Program-made: the position numbers and the translations under genes
Assembly (NCBI GenBank): GCA_054600435.1
Contig: BAAIJX010000063.1
Location: 1-64,000, forward strand
DNA: 64,000 nt
Source: Neophaeotheca triangularis
Taxonomy: Eukaryota
Reading direction: 5' to 3'
The notes under the pieces: generated by a model
Told to the model about the DNA's origin: nothing
Database searches by the model: none
The model's input: only the letters and a program-made list of their open reading frames with translations
In this document: positions 35,426 through 46,955 of the stretch, piece by piece
Layout: the number at the start of each line of letters is the position of its first letter
Position numbering within the stretch: the first letter of the stretch is position 1

Positions 35426-37483
35426 TCATGCTCCCCGAGGCACAACTACCCCGACAGCCGCTACCAACAATACGTACACCACGCCTCCGACCGTCCACTC
35501 TCTCGCGCTCATCAAGCCCCTAACACGTGTCGTAGCCGCGAAGACGGAAGCGCCGAGGGCGATAAGCAGCGTCACTAGCGTTCGGCCGGCTAGAGTTGGG
35601 ATTAGGGGAAAGAGTAGCAGTGGGAGTAGTAATGGGACGGGGAGATAGGGGAGAGGGTTTTCCACGACGGTGGATGGAGGTACGCTGGAGCTGGGAGCTG
35701 CGGGGGAGGTGGCGGGTGTTTTGGACGAAGGGCTGATGAGGTCGTCGGGGTGGTTTAGGAAGCGCGTTTCGCTTTCGTGCACGGGATTGTGGGTGCGGAG
35801 CCAGGTGCGGTAGGTTTCGATGTCTTCCGGGCGTGGAGGCGAGGGGTGTTGGGATAGGTTGGTGAAGGAGTTCATGGCGCGGGTGTATTGGTCGGTTTTG
35901 GTGAAGATGAGGCCTAGCAGGTTGCGGCGCCGGTGATGAAGTTCGCTGCCCTGGTAGGTTTCGGCTCGGCGCGATGCTAGGTGGCCGCTGCCGTCGTATT
36001 GGAGGGCCAGCTCGTCGAGGGTGCGGAGTTGTTCTTCTAGCTCGCTGAGCTCGTCTTGGAGGTGCAGGAGGATGCGGTGGTTGAGGTGGGTGAATTTGCG
36101 GTAGAGAGGTTTTATTGGTGAGGTGGGGTTGGCGAGTTGTGTGGCTAGGAGTTCGTAGCCTTCAATGTGTTTCTGGGTCACATCCGGGGGTTCGGGAGCG
36201 GGTGGGTGATTGAAGGCTCGATCTTCGTCCAGGGGTTGGATGATGGGCGGCGGGTGGATTGGCATTGGAGCGTGCTGGTATTGCTGGAGGGCCATGTTGT
36301 AGGCTGCTTGGTCTGAAGCAGTGGATGCCTCTGAGTGTGACCTGTGCTGGCTATAGACAGGATCGACATGGTAGGCTTGGTATGGCTGCTGAGTGTGCGC
36401 TACGTGTTGGCGTAGAGACTCTTCCTGATCTCGTAGTCTCTGTGATGTCGATCCTGATCGCGAGGATCTCGAGGAAGAGCGGTGGCTGTCTTCCTGAGGC
36501 CGTTCGGGTTCCATGACTGGACTGTCGACTTTGTACTCGTCGACTTCGGGAACATCGCTCACGCTCGGCTGCTTTCGTGCACGAGAGTAATATTCCGGAC
36601 TTCTACTGCCTGCCCTTACGCTTGGGGACCGAGGCGAGCTTGAGTATTGCGGGTCGTACCTTTGACGTAGCTCGGCGACACTCGTCCTGCGAGTACTGCT
36701 AGGTGAGGGAAATGTGGAAAAGGACGATGGTGTAGTAGGTGCTTCGCCTGAGCTACTTTCCGAAGGCTCATACCGTGAAGTTGAAGGCGAGGAAAATATC
36801 ACTGAATGACCATCATTCGCATCGTTGGCGGAGTTCGTGTCCATGAAATCGAAGACATTCGGGTGTGACGGTTTGCCCGGCTCCTGGGTGCTCTCGTCCA
36901 TGGCAGAATCAGCCCGCCTCGGCCTACTCGCAGGTCGTTTCGAAGCATCGCTGCCACGTCGGTCAAAGGACTTCTGCGTGATAGTCGACCCGCTGCCGCC
37001 GGAGTTACCAGAGCTGCCTGTCATAGTTGATAGTACGGAGAGTAAGGATGGATTGGATCTCAGTAACGATTCCTGTCTCCTCTGGAAACCGAGAGATCTA
37101 TGTCTAGCAGCACGACGATGGCTTATCGAGTTGTCCTCGCCGTGTCGATTGCTCTTCTTGTTGTCCCTGTGTCTTTGCTTTCGTCCAGTCTCGGAGCCTG
37201 TTGCCTTCTGTTGTGATCGTGACCCAACTACTGACTCCCCTGACTCCAGTATCAAACTGAGGTTGGAGAAGAAGCGGCCGGCGCTACTCGTACGAGGGCC
37301 ACGTTGGGCTTTCTCAGCTGATGCTTTAACAGACGTCCGTCTTGACTTCTTTCTCTGCTGCTTTGGTTCCTCGTCAACGTCTTCCCACTCTGCTGGATTG
37401 GTCCTAGTCTGCTCTTGCGCGCTCCATTCACGCCGTCCCGTGTTGGGATCCAGGCTTTCGACTTCGGCAACTACAGCAGCCAA
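35426..37483 (-). CDS. DUF6594-like protein with a disordered N-terminus and C-terminal TM helices; 5' end uncertain (possible ATG mini-exon at 37661-37663)
   Basis: EGYELLATQL...PLYRKFTHLNHRILLHLQDELSELEEQLRTLDE..., YRTWL..HNPVHESETRFL...DDLI, and three hydrophobic C-terminal segments. Confidence 0.78.
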   Translation of the reverse strand: MAAVVAEVESLDPNTGRREWSAQEQTRTNPAEWEDVDEEPKQQRKKSRRTSVKASAEKAQRGPRTSSAGRFFSNLSLILESGESVVGSRSQQKATGSETGRKQRHRDNKKSNRHGEDNSISHRRAARHRSLGFQRRQESLLRSNPSLLSVLSTMTGSSGNSGGSGSTITQKSFDRRGSDASKRPASRPRRADSAMDESTQEPGKPSHPNVFDFMDTNSANDANDGHSVIFSSPSTSRYEPSESSSGEAPTTPSSFSTFPSPSSTRRTSVAELRQRYDPQYSSSPRSPSVRAGSRSPEYYSRARKQPSVSDVPEVDEYKVDSPVMEPERPQEDSHRSSSRSSRSGSTSQRLRDQEESLRQHVAHTQQPYQAYHVDPVYSQHRSHSEASTASDQAAYNMALQQYQHAPMPIHPPPIIQPLDEDRAFNHPPAPEPPDVTQKHIEGYELLATQLANPTSPIKPLYRKFTHLNHRILLHLQDELSELEEQLRTLDELALQYDGSGHLASRRAETYQGSELHHRRRNLLGLIFTKTDQYTRAMNSFTNLSQHPSPPRPEDIETYRTWLRTHNPVHESETRFLNHPDDLISPSSKTPATSPAAPSSSVPPSTVVENPLPYLPVPLLLPLLLFPLIPTLAGRTLVTLLIALGASVFAATTRVRGLMSAREWTVGGVVYVLLVAAVGVVVPRGA

Positions 37484-39353
37484 ATCGGTGGGTTTGGACA
37501 GGTAGACCTTTGGCGGCAGCTGGGGCGAGCGTCTTTCTACAAGGCCGGGCTTTTGGGCGAAACACGGCAGACGTCAGCATTGTTTGAGGTCTATAAAGAG
37601 TGGGGACTGGGGAAAAGCACGAGCAGAAGCAAAATGCGGAGAATGGTCTATGCTACTTACCATGATTGTTTCCTCCTACCGATCTCGTTCGGGCGCAGCA
37701 GGCCACCAGTCGGGCAATATCACGCACAAGTCTTTACGGGTTCCCTATCAATGCGAATGGAATCGAAACGGTCTGGCAGCATGCTTCCTGCTGCTGCAAA
37801 TGTCCGGAAGCGGGTGGTAACAGTGGCAGTCTCCCTCTAACGACACTGGAAACACGCAACGCCGCATTTCTGACAGTGGAAGAATATCTTGCAACGAGAG
37901 AGGAAAGGAAGAGAGGGTCAAAAGCAGGAAATGCCAGTGAATCGGAGTGGTGTCTCACAGCAGGGCAGGCGAACCACAGATGTGCAGTGAAACCACGAGG
38001 CTTGATCAGATAGGCTCAGTGTTCTGGAAATGGTCGGAAATCATAGGATGGGGGGTTGCAGGCGGGCTTGGAAGGGGAGAGTGTGGTGGGTAGTGTGTGG
38101 TGGGTGAGAGGATCTTCAGGGATTGGGCTGGAAAGTCGCAAATAGAAAAAGAGCAATGTTTCGGCTCAGGCTCACCGAGGGGAAGTGAAAGGGGGTGCCC
38201 AAGGGGCGGAAAGCGGAAAGCTGGAGGTGATGTGTTGGCCTTGCCCTGTGCGTACAGCGTACGTGCATCTTGCGTTAGGTCTTCCCGACTGCACACGCTG
38301 GTTATGTGCATGTGTAGCGTTATCCAGGATCTCGGGTGGTCGCTACTTTTACAGGGAGGAAGTATTACTATGTATATACAGTACCTGTATGTGTGTAGGG
38401 ATGTATAGGTGGGAGAGTCTCAAGGAGGAGGAGGGCCACGAGACGGCCAAAAGTGAGACATGCAGTTGGACCATGACGGGATGAAGTCGAGCCTCCCCCG
38501 CGCTTGTCCGCAAGCGGCCCTCTAACGAACTCTATCTGCCCCTGCAGAGTCCTACAATAACCACCTACCAAGTAGATATACAAAAGGTACTTCTACATCC
38601 TAACGACGACATCTTGAACTAATGGCGATACCTTAAGCATCTCGACCGCTATAGTGGTATCTGCACGTCACGACCTTTCCTCCAGCAAATTTCGTGACGA
38701 GCATGTCCGCAGCGACTACTCACATGAGCGGCTCGAGTCGAATACGAGCAGATGACCCAGAAACAAGAGAGCTAGAAGCACTTCCTAATAGGAAAACGGC
38801 CAATCGTTGCTAGTCCTAGAGGTGAGACTTTTGTGTATCCCGCTGGACGACCCCAAGTTCATCCGGGCCCCATAGGCTTCTTCTCGTCTCGTACTGCAGT
38901 AGAGGCGGACTAGCAGCTTGACTGTACCCGTCCTCGTAGAGCATTAGTTGCGCATCAGCTACGCCAGCACCGAGTCAGAAGTGCAGTGCAAGGAGTTATT
39001 GGGACCAGGGAGATCCCGGCAAGGCCCGTCTGTCGCTCCTCTTCCGTTATCTTCTTTGACATCGGACGTGTAGTTGAGTGTGACAGCTCCTCAAAACGCC
39101 GGCGCCGCAAGACCACTTGACCTTAGTGTCACCCGGACTTGCGCAATGTAGCCTTCGAAGCATCCCGTTGTGGCGTGTCATGAGTGCTTTCCAAGCTAGG
39201 GACGAATGAAGGTTCGATAAAGAATCAATCGATTAGGACGTTGGAGATATAAGAATATAGCAGATGCGGAATGTAGCACGAGAGTAAGTGGTTCAATTCC
39301 TAAGTTCATATTCTCATATCTATTTTACTGTCTAAACATGGAAGAATACCTCA

Positions 39354-40942
39354 CTACTTGTATGGGTTCCTAGATCCCTCCTGAGGGAAGGTAGCACCGG
39401 GGTATTCACTACCATACGACAACATGCTGCGTCTGTTGGCAAGGTTAGCGATGGAACCGCAAGTCCGCAGGAGGTGATGGTCAAAACTTACCCAGCAGGA
39501 AGTCCCTGGCAAGCGCCAATCGAACCCAACGGCTCCAGAGCAGGTGCCAGCATGGTGTCGACTAAGCCCAGAACAGTCCTCAAGGTCACGCCGTTGAACA
39601 CCTTGTCTAAGAAGCTCGGTACGTCGGCTTGGATAGCCTGCCGAATGAAGCAGCCCATGCGTTGAGGATCACTCAAGTCCGTGACACTGTTGATCAAGCC
39701 GTCGGATAGTTCGCCGAGGTTGACGCCGGAGAAGCTGTTGACCTCGCCCTGAGAAGTGTTAGCCGGGAATTGGTTGACAAGCGCAGAAATGTTCAAGACT
39801 TACAGTGTTACCACCGACCTGGCATGCCGATGGATACGAGGTACACTGCTGAGCAGTGGAGACCAGAATGTCGGTGAGGGTCCATGGATCTTCGTGGGAA
39901 CGCCTGTACCAGTTCTCGGGAATGCGCTCGGTACCGTACTTGAAAACAAGTTGGTCGTTCTCATCACGCGTGTAACCGAAGAACGCCTCAAAGACGGAAG
40001 GCTCGAGGAAACCACGCGGCTCCTCGGCGGAGTGGTTGGCAAGAAGCTCGAATGCGAACATGTGTGCGCCAAAGGTGAAAGCTACACCGGCGTAGGGTGG
40101 GGAGAAGTAGTTGGGGTTCTAAGAGGTGGTCAGCACACCGGGGAATGCTTGAAGCGATGTCAATGCTTACGGTTGCAATTGAGTGTTGCTTCCTGTTGTA
40201 TGAGTGCTCAGCCAGCACAGGCGGTGTAATCCTGCCGCCAGTTCGCCTTTCCGCAAGATCAAGCAATTCTTGGGCTGTTTGTCTCTTGTCAGCACCTATT
40301 CCACAATCACAACAGCAGCAAATACGAACCAAATTGAGGGTACGATGCACAATTGGAGTTCATTTCTGGTGCCAGCCAGTCGCCACGGGTGATAGAAGCG
40401 TCGGCTTCAGTCTTCAGATGGCCATACGCGCAAATGCCAGTCTGGTTTCCGAGCAAGTCACCCAAAAGGCCAAGCGAGTTGGTCTTGTCAGAGTGATAGC
40501 CAATACTCCAGCGACCGCTGATTGGATCGCCGTCAAAGAACATGGTCGCAGTCTGGAGGAAGATCGTAGCAGTCTTGTCCAGGCCAAATGCTTCCCACAA
40601 GCCGTTGTTAATCGACTCGGTCGTGGCGATACCATCACGAGGGATGTAGCCGTGGTTTGCGGCAGCGTTCAAACCGGCGCAAGGACCTCTGATGTCGTCT
40701 GGGCCGGGGTCACGGTACTCGTGGATGCCGGAAGTCGAGACGCGCTGCTTCTCAGCGTCGAACTTGTCGAACGTGGCATGATTGGGAGTACCAGGCCACT
40801 CGGGGAAAGGCGCGAGGGAAGGAACACCAAGCTGGCGGGCCTGGAGATTCTGCTCTTCTACCATCTTGGCAATGTGAGGGAAGCCAGCCACGAGGAGTGG
40901 CGAGCCCTGAACCAGCAGGGCGGTGATGAGTTTGCCGACCAT
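39354..40942 (-). CDS. Secreted heme-thiolate peroxidase / unspecific peroxygenase-like protein (long type), ~455 aa; exons 40942-40330, 40274-40171, 40118-39804, 39748-39492, 39432-39354
   Basis: Signal peptide MVGKLITALLV; proximal heme motif DIRGPCAGLNAAANHGYIPRDG; EADASITRGD; SIATNPNYF; ERIPENWYRR. Four GT-AG introns (52-59 nt) give a continuous frame. Confidence 0.9.
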
Positions 40943-42825
40943 TGTGATGATGAGTGTGTTGAGATTGTGGTTGGCGTGGAGGCAGAGTGCTGGCGAACGC
41001 AGGGGACGGTCGTTTTATACACGATTACCATCGATTTGGTGGCCATTCGTCCGACTTCCCTACCGAATTTGCAGCTATGCCTCGGTGACATACTGGGCTT
41101 TTCCGGGGGTATTAAGATTTTGGTGGCGCTCGCCTTGGCCATGAGCTAGAGCTGCGAGTGTGGAGTTGAAGTGCTAGGACGCCATTCTGGACCCTGTGGA
41201 GTTCGCTCCGACCACCATTTCCCGGCTTGGAGTCTGCACTGATCTGGTCGACAGCCATGCCTGCAAACGTGATGGTTTGGGGTGATCGTTCTTTAAAACA
41301 CTCCGATGATCCTGGAGACAAGACATCGATTGCTATCGTAGGATTGAGCCAACATGTTGCCACTAGGTTGACAGCACGAAAGCCTTCAACCACCGCCAAA
41401 AACACAAGTCACATGGTTTCTGCATGGAGGTTTTGAGAACTGTAACGGCGACGGCGTCACACGACTCACGTCGTTACATCGCGCTAACAAAAGATCATGG
41501 ATGTTTGCCGAGGCCAAGTTGCTGACAATTCCCTCTCATCCAGTGGAACGAGACGGACAAACTAGCTCATCAACCTTCTATCAATGGCGCCGGCGAACCC
41601 TCGGTGCCGCAACGGTGCGCGGGATATATGATTTCCGAAAGGAGCACTGAGGTTGGAGTAGGCCGCCTAGCGTTTGCCCGATTGTCGGTATAAGCCGTCT
41701 TAGTGGATCCTTCTCCACAACTCTATTCCCTCAGGAGGCCTCATCCCGGGGACCCCTCTGCAGATCACTTCACGTTACGCCAAAAACGTCAAGTCACATT
41801 TTCAGGAAAGGGGTAAAGTACACTAAATACAGTATGGCCTCGGTAGTAGTCTTGGCTTCCTCTCAAGGTACATCATCGGCGCCTCAGTAGCCGCTCTCAG
41901 GCTTGCTGGTGTGAGTGATATGCTTTTAATAATTCTATGGCTTAGGACTTCTGCAGATCGACGTAGCGGCGGTAAGAGTCGTGAGAGGCCGTCAAACTCA
42001 GGTCCCATCAAGGAGGATCGCCGGTCGACAAGGGTCGCTCGGGAACAGGCAATCGTTTACACTTCGAGGCAAGGCATTGTTCTTCGATAAACACGTCGTC
42101 CACGAAATCTACAAACCACAATGCCACTCGACTGTTCTCGATCTAGGAGCGCTGCAGTGGTGATAATACTTTAGTATTGCTTTGGCGAGACTAGAGGAAC
42201 ACTTTCCTTCTCGGCGTATGTATGTTTCAAGCACTCGCGACCACCGTACGCTTTTCGTCACGGTGATAAACAAGCAATACAGGGCATGACGAGCGCGTCA
42301 ACAAGTCTAAGACATACACTATGCTGGGAGAAAGGTTCTAGGCTGAATCGAGACCTTCACCCTACCTGTTCCTAGGAAAACTCACTACAAGCTTAAAGAC
42401 ATCCATCGCATGTAGATGTCAGCTGCCCAAAAATGCGAAGGACCTCGTACTCTAGGCTCTATATCACATAGTACACGAGTAGACGAACCTCGCTGCCCTC
42501 GGTAACAGGCTTTGATACAGCTTTGACATTAGTTTCCTACAGCCTTAACACACCCTGACTTTCTGCACTAAGCTCCTCACTGCAGGGCTCACTTAGCATT
42601 AGTCCTGCTTTCACTATATCGTTCATTGCAATCACAGCGATCGCTGACTCCGGTCTCTTCCTCTACCCTTGGGGATGGCAACGGGCCTAACAGCTACACC
42701 TCTCCACCCTGCTGCTACCGTGCCGAAGCAACATTACCCCTCCTTCGCCGCGATACGTCACCTCTCACCCTTCAAGGGGGATAAACCCTTTCCCAGACGT
42801 GCGCAAAGCTCCCGAAGCCGGCATC

Positions 42826-45033
42826 TTACCTCGACGAGCTGACGGAGTCTTTGGATGTCTCTCGTCCCTGAGCTTGATGTGCTGCTAGAGTCGAGAAGGG
42901 GGCGAGCTGGCGGTACGAGAGGATGCCCCGCGAGCGGTGACGCTGGGTGTCCGCGAGGGTTTGTCCGCTGGAACCTTCGGCGCACGATACGGGCTCGCTG
43001 CGCAGGGAAATTGGCGGAGCTGGAGGGACATAGGCGCGAGCGTCATTGCCAAGTCGAGGTGCTTGTTGAGCTGACCACGAAGTTAGAGCGTCGTCTAATA
43101 GTTCACCCATGTCGACTTCGGGGTCTTTGCGAGTGTCCTGGCGCACGAGTTGGGTCTTGCTGCGGCATGCTTTGAGCTTGCTCATCGCGGCTGTCTTCAT
43201 CTCGTGGATGGCTTTGCGAGCGCCTCCGAGAGCGCGGTCTGCATAGCTTCGGCTTCCCGATGACTGGGAGTCGCTAGATTGCTTGGTGAATGCCTTTGCC
43301 AGCTTCCTCCGTTTGCACTGGAGCGGTGCAACGTCTTGCGGGTAAGGTTGAAGTTGAGTGTTTTTGATTACATCGTCGCGATCAGTAGGTTCAGGGTGGA
43401 GGGAAGTTGGCTGGCTCTTGATGTAAGTCGTCGACGAAAAACCCTGCCTACTGTTCGGGGAGCGAGAGTCGGGACTTTCGCTGGAAAATCCCTCATTAGT
43501 ATTCTTGCGCTTGCGAGTCCCTGGACTTGTCGATGTGTCACGCCCCAACTGCGAGGCTAGGTCCGGCTGCAGCCTCAACAGCGCTTCCCTTCTTCTCTGC
43601 AAATCGTCTTCTATCCGCTTAATCTCCTCCTTCGCTTCCCTTTGCGCAGGAGTGCCTTGGACCTTCAGCCGCGAGTAATGGCCAAAGCCCCTGGAAGGTA
43701 CAGAGGGTTCTTCTTCGACGACATTACCCGTTGTCGAGAGCATCGCAACACCACCTCTCTGTCCATCATGGTTTTGCACCAACGACGAAGACGCCTCCGA
43801 CTCCGCCAAGCTAGGACCCTGTAGGCTGCTCACTCCCAGCCTAGCTGTCAAGCACGCAATCTCCGCCTCGTGTTTCTCGCGCTCCTCCCTCGCTCGCGCC
43901 TCATACGCTCTCGTCCTGGATTCCAGCACAGCTTGCACATGAGCATGATCCTCGAGTTGCAGAGAAGCATCCTCTCCGCCAACGGAAGAGCCGTTCGAAG
44001 AACCGACGTGGAAGTCCTGCGTGAAGCCCGAGAAGGAGAAACGCGCCCGCGTCATCGAATCCATACGCTTCGTAGAGAATCTCAACCTAGGGTTGTCGTT
44101 TGGATAGGCCGCAAACATCGAAGAAGCGTCGGAGAAGGAATAGGCGTTGGCATCGGAGCTTTTGAGGGTGCTTGCGAAGGTTGAAACGCTCCACGGGTGT
44201 CGGAGACCTTTTACTCTGGACCGTTGAGGTGCACCTCTGGCCTCGTCCACGGGATAATGTGCATGCGACGGCCAGTCCAGAAGCGTGTTCTGACGACGTG
44301 GGTACGATATGTTCTCTGGCATCTGCGCAGACTGTTCCTCGCCTTGAGGGGCGTTGCTGTAGTCTTCAGGGTGGAAGTCGATAGCGAAGTCTTCCGAGAG
44401 TGATACGTCGAGCATGAAGCTGCCGCTGTACCTTGTGACAGGCGTATTGGTGGGTGCAGATGGAGCCGGACCGGCAAGTATATGCCGCTGTGCCTTGAGA
44501 AGCCTCTCGGTAAGCCTTTGAGGGGAAACAACAACTCCGATTGAATCTTCACCGTGCGAAACCTCAGATTGGCCCGATGCTCCCGCTGCATTTGAAGCGA
44601 GAGAACCACCGGACCCAGCACCCTCCGACAAGACGTCCCCGTGCGCTTGCGACATCAGCGCGGGATACCAACTAGCCCCCAAGCTCGATGGAGTAGTCGC
44701 CCGCTCTCGCGCCTCGGATAATTCACGAGCACGCACATCCCTGTCGAACTCGGAGGCGAACTCCTTGCTACCGGGCGAGCCTACCGGATCCTCTGAACGC
44801 AGCAAGTCATCACCTTCGCTCCGTGGCAACATCAGCGGTTCCCCATGGTCGCAATCCCTGCTCCCAAAAAGCCTGCTCGCGAATTGCCGGAGACGCTTCG
44901 GGGACCTGTGGTTCTTGGCGGAAGTTTGAGCGTTGCCGTGCTTCTCGGTGACGATGGAGACGAGATCGGAGCGCTTGAGCGACTTGAGAGCAGCGGCCTG
45001 CGTCTCGTCCGCGTGCTTGCGCTTGGAAGTCAT
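42826..45033 (-). CDS. Hypothetical, largely disordered S/R/E-rich protein (735 aa) with short coiled-coil segments; 3' end may be spliced
   Basis: Long ATG-initiated ORF with basic NLS-like patches (KRKH, RKRK, KRRK). No recognisable domain. The stop lies in a GTAAGA donor-like site. Confidence 0.6.
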   Translation of the reverse strand: MTSKRKHADETQAAALKSLKRSDLVSIVTEKHGNAQTSAKNHRSPKRLRQFASRLFGSRDCDHGEPLMLPRSEGDDLLRSEDPVGSPGSKEFASEFDRDVRARELSEARERATTPSSLGASWYPALMSQAHGDVLSEGAGSGGSLASNAAGASGQSEVSHGEDSIGVVVSPQRLTERLLKAQRHILAGPAPSAPTNTPVTRYSGSFMLDVSLSEDFAIDFHPEDYSNAPQGEEQSAQMPENISYPRRQNTLLDWPSHAHYPVDEARGAPQRSRVKGLRHPWSVSTFASTLKSSDANAYSFSDASSMFAAYPNDNPRLRFSTKRMDSMTRARFSFSGFTQDFHVGSSNGSSVGGEDASLQLEDHAHVQAVLESRTRAYEARAREEREKHEAEIACLTARLGVSSLQGPSLAESEASSSLVQNHDGQRGGVAMLSTTGNVVEEEPSVPSRGFGHYSRLKVQGTPAQREAKEEIKRIEDDLQRRREALLRLQPDLASQLGRDTSTSPGTRKRKNTNEGFSSESPDSRSPNSRQGFSSTTYIKSQPTSLHPEPTDRDDVIKNTQLQPYPQDVAPLQCKRRKLAKAFTKQSSDSQSSGSRSYADRALGGARKAIHEMKTAAMSKLKACRSKTQLVRQDTRKDPEVDMGELLDDALTSWSAQQAPRLGNDARAYVPPAPPISLRSEPVSCAEGSSGQTLADTQRHRSRGILSYRQLAPFSTLAAHQAQGRETSKDSVSSSR

Positions 45034-45842
45034 GATGGGCTGGTCCGGAAGTTTGCTTCAAGGGACGATTTTGCAGACGGCGATGAGGGAAAGAAGAGAA
45101 AAGACAGTGGAAGAAGAGGAAATACAAGAGATGGACTTACTCGCCTTGAGTGCGGTTTGCAGAACCGCCTACGCACTTCTGGTGGGCGATTACACACAGC
45201 AATGCGGCGAAATCCATTGATGCCTAAGTACGAATGGAAATGGCGTGGTAAGCAGCCTCATACCCTGACTCTTCGAGGTTGAGACCCCGGTCTCCAATCG
45301 AGGAGCCGGTAATCACTTCATCAATTGCTAACCAAGGCCCAAGTCATATGTGACTATAAGATGCGAAAGCCGCAGAGGTCGCCTTATCACGCTTGAGAGT
45401 TGCAGAGGTAAGCATGCTAACGCGCAACACCCACTCTTGGCGGTAAAGCCCGTTAGCCAATGAGAAGCTAGCGCGAGGTAAGTGAAGGGAGACGCTCAGT
45501 CAGAACCCCAACCCTAACCTTGACATCTCCCTCCAAACCCTAGGAACGGCGACATCGAAGCAATAGGAGGTAGAGAAGTTGTGAAAGAGGCCGGTTTTGC
45601 GCTTCATTTGCTGATTAATTGCCTCATTCATTGAATGAAGTTGCTCTTTCTGCCGTTTCTGATGGCCTTCAGGCCTCTAATATTGTCATGCGAAGAGGTG
45701 CAGGATGTACATGCGGGCCGAACAACAACTGAACTCGCTGGACAGTAAGGTGGTCTCAAAGGCATCGCTCGTAATAGGAATTCGGTATCTCTACATGTGT
45801 ACTCCAGGGCACCGAGTAAGCACTTCTTCAAGACAACCCCTT

Positions 45843-46955
45843 CTACGAAGTCTCCTGGACATTGTACACCAACTTCTTTCCGGACACTCTTTCCTCCCTC
45901 AACGCCTTCAGACCGTCGAAGACTCCCTGCAATCCACCCTTCTCGACCTGCGGTGGGTGCACCTTGACCTTGCCCTCGGCGAAGAGCTTCTCGCTCAACT
46001 CCCAGAATTTTCGGCCAAACTCGAGGTCCTCGGGCTTAGCCTTCCACTCCGTCGGCCCAAACATGAAAGACTCGCCCATCACAGTATACCCTAGAGTCAG
46101 TCGGTTGTCGACGTCCGTACGATCATGCTTTGTCGGCAGCAAATAGCTCACGATACCACCAGCACTGCCAATAGCCTCAGAGCAAATCTTCGGCGACTCC
46201 CCAGCCGAAATACAATCAAAAGCCTTGACGAGCTTGTCCCCAGTAAACTCCCTAATCCTCTTCGCACAATCCGCACTCTTATAATCAAAAGCCTCCTTCG
46301 CACCCAACCCCTTCACAAACCCAAAATTCCGCTCACTACAAGTGGTAACCACCTCCCAGCCGGAAAGCCTCGCGTACTGGATCGCCAGACTCCCCGTCGC
46401 AGTGCTACCCCCATAAACCAGCAACGTCCCCGTCTCCCCCCGGCCTTGCTCGGGCAACGGCAGCTGCAGACTCTGGTACAGGCCCTGGCCGACGGTAGTC
46501 ACGCCCACGCCCAACGTGCTGGCTTCGGCATCGGAGAGGTTCGCCGGCACTTTCATCCCCACGTCGCCTTTGGCCACGCAGTACTCGGCGAAGCAGCCGT
46601 CTTCGGGCTGGACGGCGTTGGCGCCGTGAGCGAAGGAGGCGATGCGGTCGCCGGCTTTCCAGGCCTTGTTGACGGATTTGCCCACGGATAGGATTTCGCC
46701 CGAGAAGTCGCAGCCGACGGTTGCGCCGGGTTGGGAGAGGTAGGCGATGTGTTTCCTGGTTTTGGGGGGTTAGTGGGATTGGGATTGGGATGGAGGGGTG
46801 GAGGGTTTTTTTTACCAGTCTGTGGGGTTCAGGGCGACGTTGTGGACTTTGACCAGGACATAGTCGTCGCGGAGTTGGGGGACCGGGACGTTTTGGATCT
46901 CGGCTTTGTCTGCTTCGACGATTTTGATCGCTTTCATAGTGGAGGGGATGGACAT
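45843..46955 (-). CDS. Zinc-free MDR-family enoyl-reductase-like oxidoreductase (ToxD/LovC-like), ~350 aa; exons 46955-46816, 46755-45843
   Basis: VALNPTDW|KHI across intron 46756-46815; VGCDFSG; GCFAEYC; LVYGGSTATGSLAIQYA; FDYKS; terminal VSGKKLVY. Confidence 0.9.

Noticed and set aside
40097..41149. 350-aa + strand ORF
   Set aside because: It is antisense to the well-supported peroxygenase exons.
45505..45545. Telomere-like CCCTAA/AAACCCTA words
   Set aside because: Only one or two isolated copies, not an array.
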